Of a stretch of DNA of 64,000 bases, positions 56,293 to 64,000 are shown in pieces (position 1 is the stretch's first letter; each line of letters begins with the position of its first letter). The DNA comes from the human T2T-CHM13v2.0 reference genome, Homo sapiens. Under the pieces are notes generated by a model. It worked only from the letters and a program-made list of their open reading frames with translations, did no database searches and was not told the DNA's origin. The stretch lies in the NCBI RefSeq assembly GCF_009914755.1, contig NC_060928.1. One strand, given 5' to 3'. A program made the position numbers and the translations under genes.

Positions 56293-57326
56293 GGCATGGT
56301 TATATATTCCCTGACCCTAACGCAGATAGCCTCTTCTACTCACACACCAGATGGATAGGAAAGGGCTGTTGAGCTTGCTGGATAGTAAAATTTCACTGGA
56401 AAGAGGGAGGAGGGGGAAATACTTTGTCCAGAAACTGACCACATAACCATAACATATTGCCTGCTGTTCTTGGAGACAAGTTATAAGTAAGTGTGCACTT
56501 TTTTTTTCTTTGTAATACTGCTTTGCAAGACATAAAAGGAACTTAGGCAGATGAGAGGGAAAGAGAGGAAACCCAGTCTGAAGTCCCTGGTTCTCTGCCT
56601 AATCCTAAATGAAGAAAATACCTCACTTGAGGAAGGAAGAGGCCAGTGCACACAGGCATGGGTGTTACTTTCTTTCTAAATGGCAGAGCCACAATGCCTC
56701 AGCAAGACGTTTTAGAAAATACGCTATTTAAAATGGCCTGTGCCATCCCACTGAAAGGAGATTTCCAGCTGATATGTTTGATTGCTCTCGGAGAGACAAT
56801 GCCAAGATCACAAGGGAGGGCTTCTTACTTTCAAGATAAGATTGGATGTGCCAGCTCTGACTGCTAATTTCATTCCTCTGTGGATTCTAAGGGAGAAATT
56901 CTAGGGAGAAAGTGATGATATGAAAATCTGGTTTAAGGACTGAGCCTGGAGTCTGCCAAAATAGAGAAGAGGGGAGAGAAGGGGAAGACCTGAGCCCACC
57001 AAGACAGTGAGAATCAGCCCAAAGAGCCACCCATTTCTCTTCCACTCTTTCCTGAGACAGAGGATGCCACCTCTCTTACCTTGCATTATTTCCTAGCAGA
57101 ATGTCCTGTTCATTTTTAAGTTGTTGACCTAAATTTAGCTATGTGCCTGTCACATGGTGGACACTCAAATATTTATCCAATAAATGAAAGAATGAGGAAA
57201 GCCAGCCTCACAATATGAATTCTCTCTGTGCCATTGCACCTAGATCTTCCCAAGAGAGGGGCTATGTGAACACATCCTTGCAAATGTTTGACTGCTATAA
57301 ATCTAACACTAGAAATAATAGGTTAA

Positions 57327-57764
<438 letters not shown>

Positions 57765-59134
57765 TAGAAATGGAAAAATCATATAAGAAAACAGCAATGT
57801 AAAAAGCATTTCTGTGAAACAGTACATTAGGGGACAGGCTGGACACAGCAGAAAATAACAAGCACAGGAAACTGTGATAGAGATGTAAGGACGCAGAATA
57901 AAGACAACCATTCTGTACTTACTTGTTTGCAGCTCATTTTTTTAAAAAGACACATAGATAGCAGTTGCTTACCTGTGCTTTATAATATTTACTAAATATT
58001 CCTAGGTTTTATCAGGGCTGGATTGTAGAACCTGCCTTCAGTCAATTACAAAAAATTGTCATGGTGTTCTAATAATAAAATTCATCCCCTAAAGCTGCCC
58101 AGATTCAGAGGCTTAGAGAAAAAAAAATCGTAGTGAATCATTTTAAAAAAGAAAATCTCAAAATTTGAAAGCCAAACGTGTGTTTAAAGGCATGCATAAA
58201 TATGATAGTGTATTTAAATCTCATTATGCCAGTCACATTTGCGTAGTGGCCTATTTCTCACTTTAATCTGAGCGGCACGGCCTAGCGTGGGACGGCACAA
58301 TGCACTTGGCACCTGCTGATGGAGCAGGCACACAAAACAACCTGTAGCAAGTTGATGCTCTACCAGGGACAAAAGAGAGTCTTGATATCGCCACCCAGTG
58401 TACTGGGGAATGAGCCTGCCCTTCCTTACTTCCCCCCATGACATCTTGGCTAAGTGAGTGTAATTCCATCTGCTGGTATCACTCCCTGGGAAAATTGTGT
58501 AGCGTCATATTCTTTTCAAGCATATTCCAGAGGGAAGATTATAGCTGCCTGCTCCCAACATCAAAGTGATGTTGTGATTAATTACAATCATGCTGGACAT
58601 GATCTTTGAAAATGGAGATTTTTTTCCATGCTTACTTAAAGGAAGTATACATCACAAAGGAATTCATGGTGATCTCATTCATACACAACAAATGGATTCA
58701 TTTTCATATAGCTGGAGGTGTAGCAGCGATCTGAGATAAGGTTTCACTTTTAGATTGTTATTTAAGTGTGTGTGTGTATGTGTGTGTGTGTATAAATATA
58801 TATTTTTTTCTTTTTTTTTTTAATGTCTTGAAGAATTGTTAGTACTTTTAGTTTTATTTTAGAGACAGATTTTGTTACTGGTTTTACTAAGAACAATGTG
58901 TTCTTTTTTTTTTTCCTTTTCTTTTTTTTTTTTATTATACTTTAAGTTTTAGGGTACATGTGCACATTGTGTAGGTTAGTTACATATGTATACATGTGCC
59001 ATGCTGGTACACTGCACCCACTAACTCGTCATCTAGCATTAGGTGTATCTCCCAATGCTATCCCTCCCCGCTCCCCCCACCCCACAACAGTCCCCAGAGT
59101 GTGATATTCCCCTTCCTGTGTCCATGTGATCTCA

Positions 59135-62975
<3,841 letters not shown>

Positions 62976-63023
62976 TTATTTTGCTCGTTAGTTGATGCAG
63001 TTTCTTCCTAGTCTTGATGGTCT

Positions 63024-64000
63024 TTACATTTTGGCATGACTTTGCAGCAGCTGGTACTGGTTGTTCCTTTCCATGTTTAGTGCTTCCTTCAGGAGCTCTT
63101 TTAGGGCAGGCCTGGTGGTGACAAAATCTCTCAGCATTTGCTTGTCTGCAAAGTATTTTATTTCTCCTTCGCTTATGAAGCTTAGTTTGGCTGGATATGA
63201 AATTCTGGGTTGAAAATTCTTTTCTTTAAGAATGTTGAATATTGGCCCCCACTCTCTTCTGGCTTGTAGGGTTTCTGCTGAGAGATCCGCTATTAGTCTG
63301 ATGGGCTTCCCTTTGAGGGTAACTCGACCTTTCTCTCTGGCTGCCCTTAACATTTTTTCCTTCATTTCAACTTTGGTGAATCTGACAATTATGTGTCTTG
63401 GAGTTGCTCTTCTCGAGGAGTATCTTTGTGGCGTTCTCTGTATTTCCTGAATCTGAACGTTGGCCTGCCTTGCTAGATTGGGGAAGTTCTCCTGGATAAT
63501 ATCCTGCAGAGTGTTTTCCAACTTGGTTCCATTCTCCCCATCACTTTCAGGTACACCAATCAGACGTAGATACGGTCTTTTCACATAGTCCCATGTTTCT
63601 TGGGGGCTTTGCTCATTTCTTTGTATTCGTTTTTCTCTAAACTTCCCTTCTCGCTTCATTTCATTCATTTCATCTTCCATCGCTGATACCCTTTCTTCCA
63701 GTTGATCGCATCGGCTCCTGAGGCTTCTGCATTCTTCACGTAGTTCTCGAGCCTTGGTTTTCAGCTCCATCAGCTCCTTTCAGCACTTCTCTGTATTGGT
63801 TATTCTAGTTATACATTCTTCTAAATTTTTTTCAAAGCTTTCAACTTCTTTGCCTTTGGTTTGAATGTCCTCCCGTAGCTCAGAGTAATTTGATCGTCTG
63901 ACGCCTTCTACTCTCAGCTCGTCAGTCATTCTCCATCCAGCTTTGTTCTGTTGCTGGTGAGGAACTGCATTCCTTTGGAGGAGGAGAGGCGCTCTGCTTT
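63024..64000 (-). pseudogene. L1 ORF1p (partial; start lies outside window)
   Basis: 248-aa ORF with coiled coil, RRM and ARREW/YPAKLS motifs; apparent small deletion near 63923. Confidence 0.85.

Overview
Human (or very closely related hominid) genomic DNA covering an internal ~64 kb of the teneurin-3 gene (TENM3/ODZ3) on the + strand. Eleven constitutive-looking coding exons and one 21-nt microexon can be spliced by eye with GT-AG boundaries and fully consistent phases. They encode the post-EGF Cys-rich region, Ig-like/FN-plug region, NHL beta-propeller and the start of the YD-repeat shell. Introns hold about 20 Alu-family elements, old L2/MIR/MER/Tigger remnants, microsatellites and a near-full-length but disrupted antisense L1PA2-like LINE-1 running off the right edge. 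The most notable observations are: (1) a perfect U1-mimicking hairpin over the 5' splice site of the NHL microexon, coupled to a NAGNAG acceptor; (2) a tight, G.U-compatible three-way-junction RNA fold just upstream of one exon; (3) exon junctions that re-create donor sites; (4) inverted Alu pairs tightly bracketing exon blocks; and (5) two small local duplications. No prokaryotic-type system, CRISPR array or RNA gene is supported. Gene and repeat identities come from recall, not database searches.
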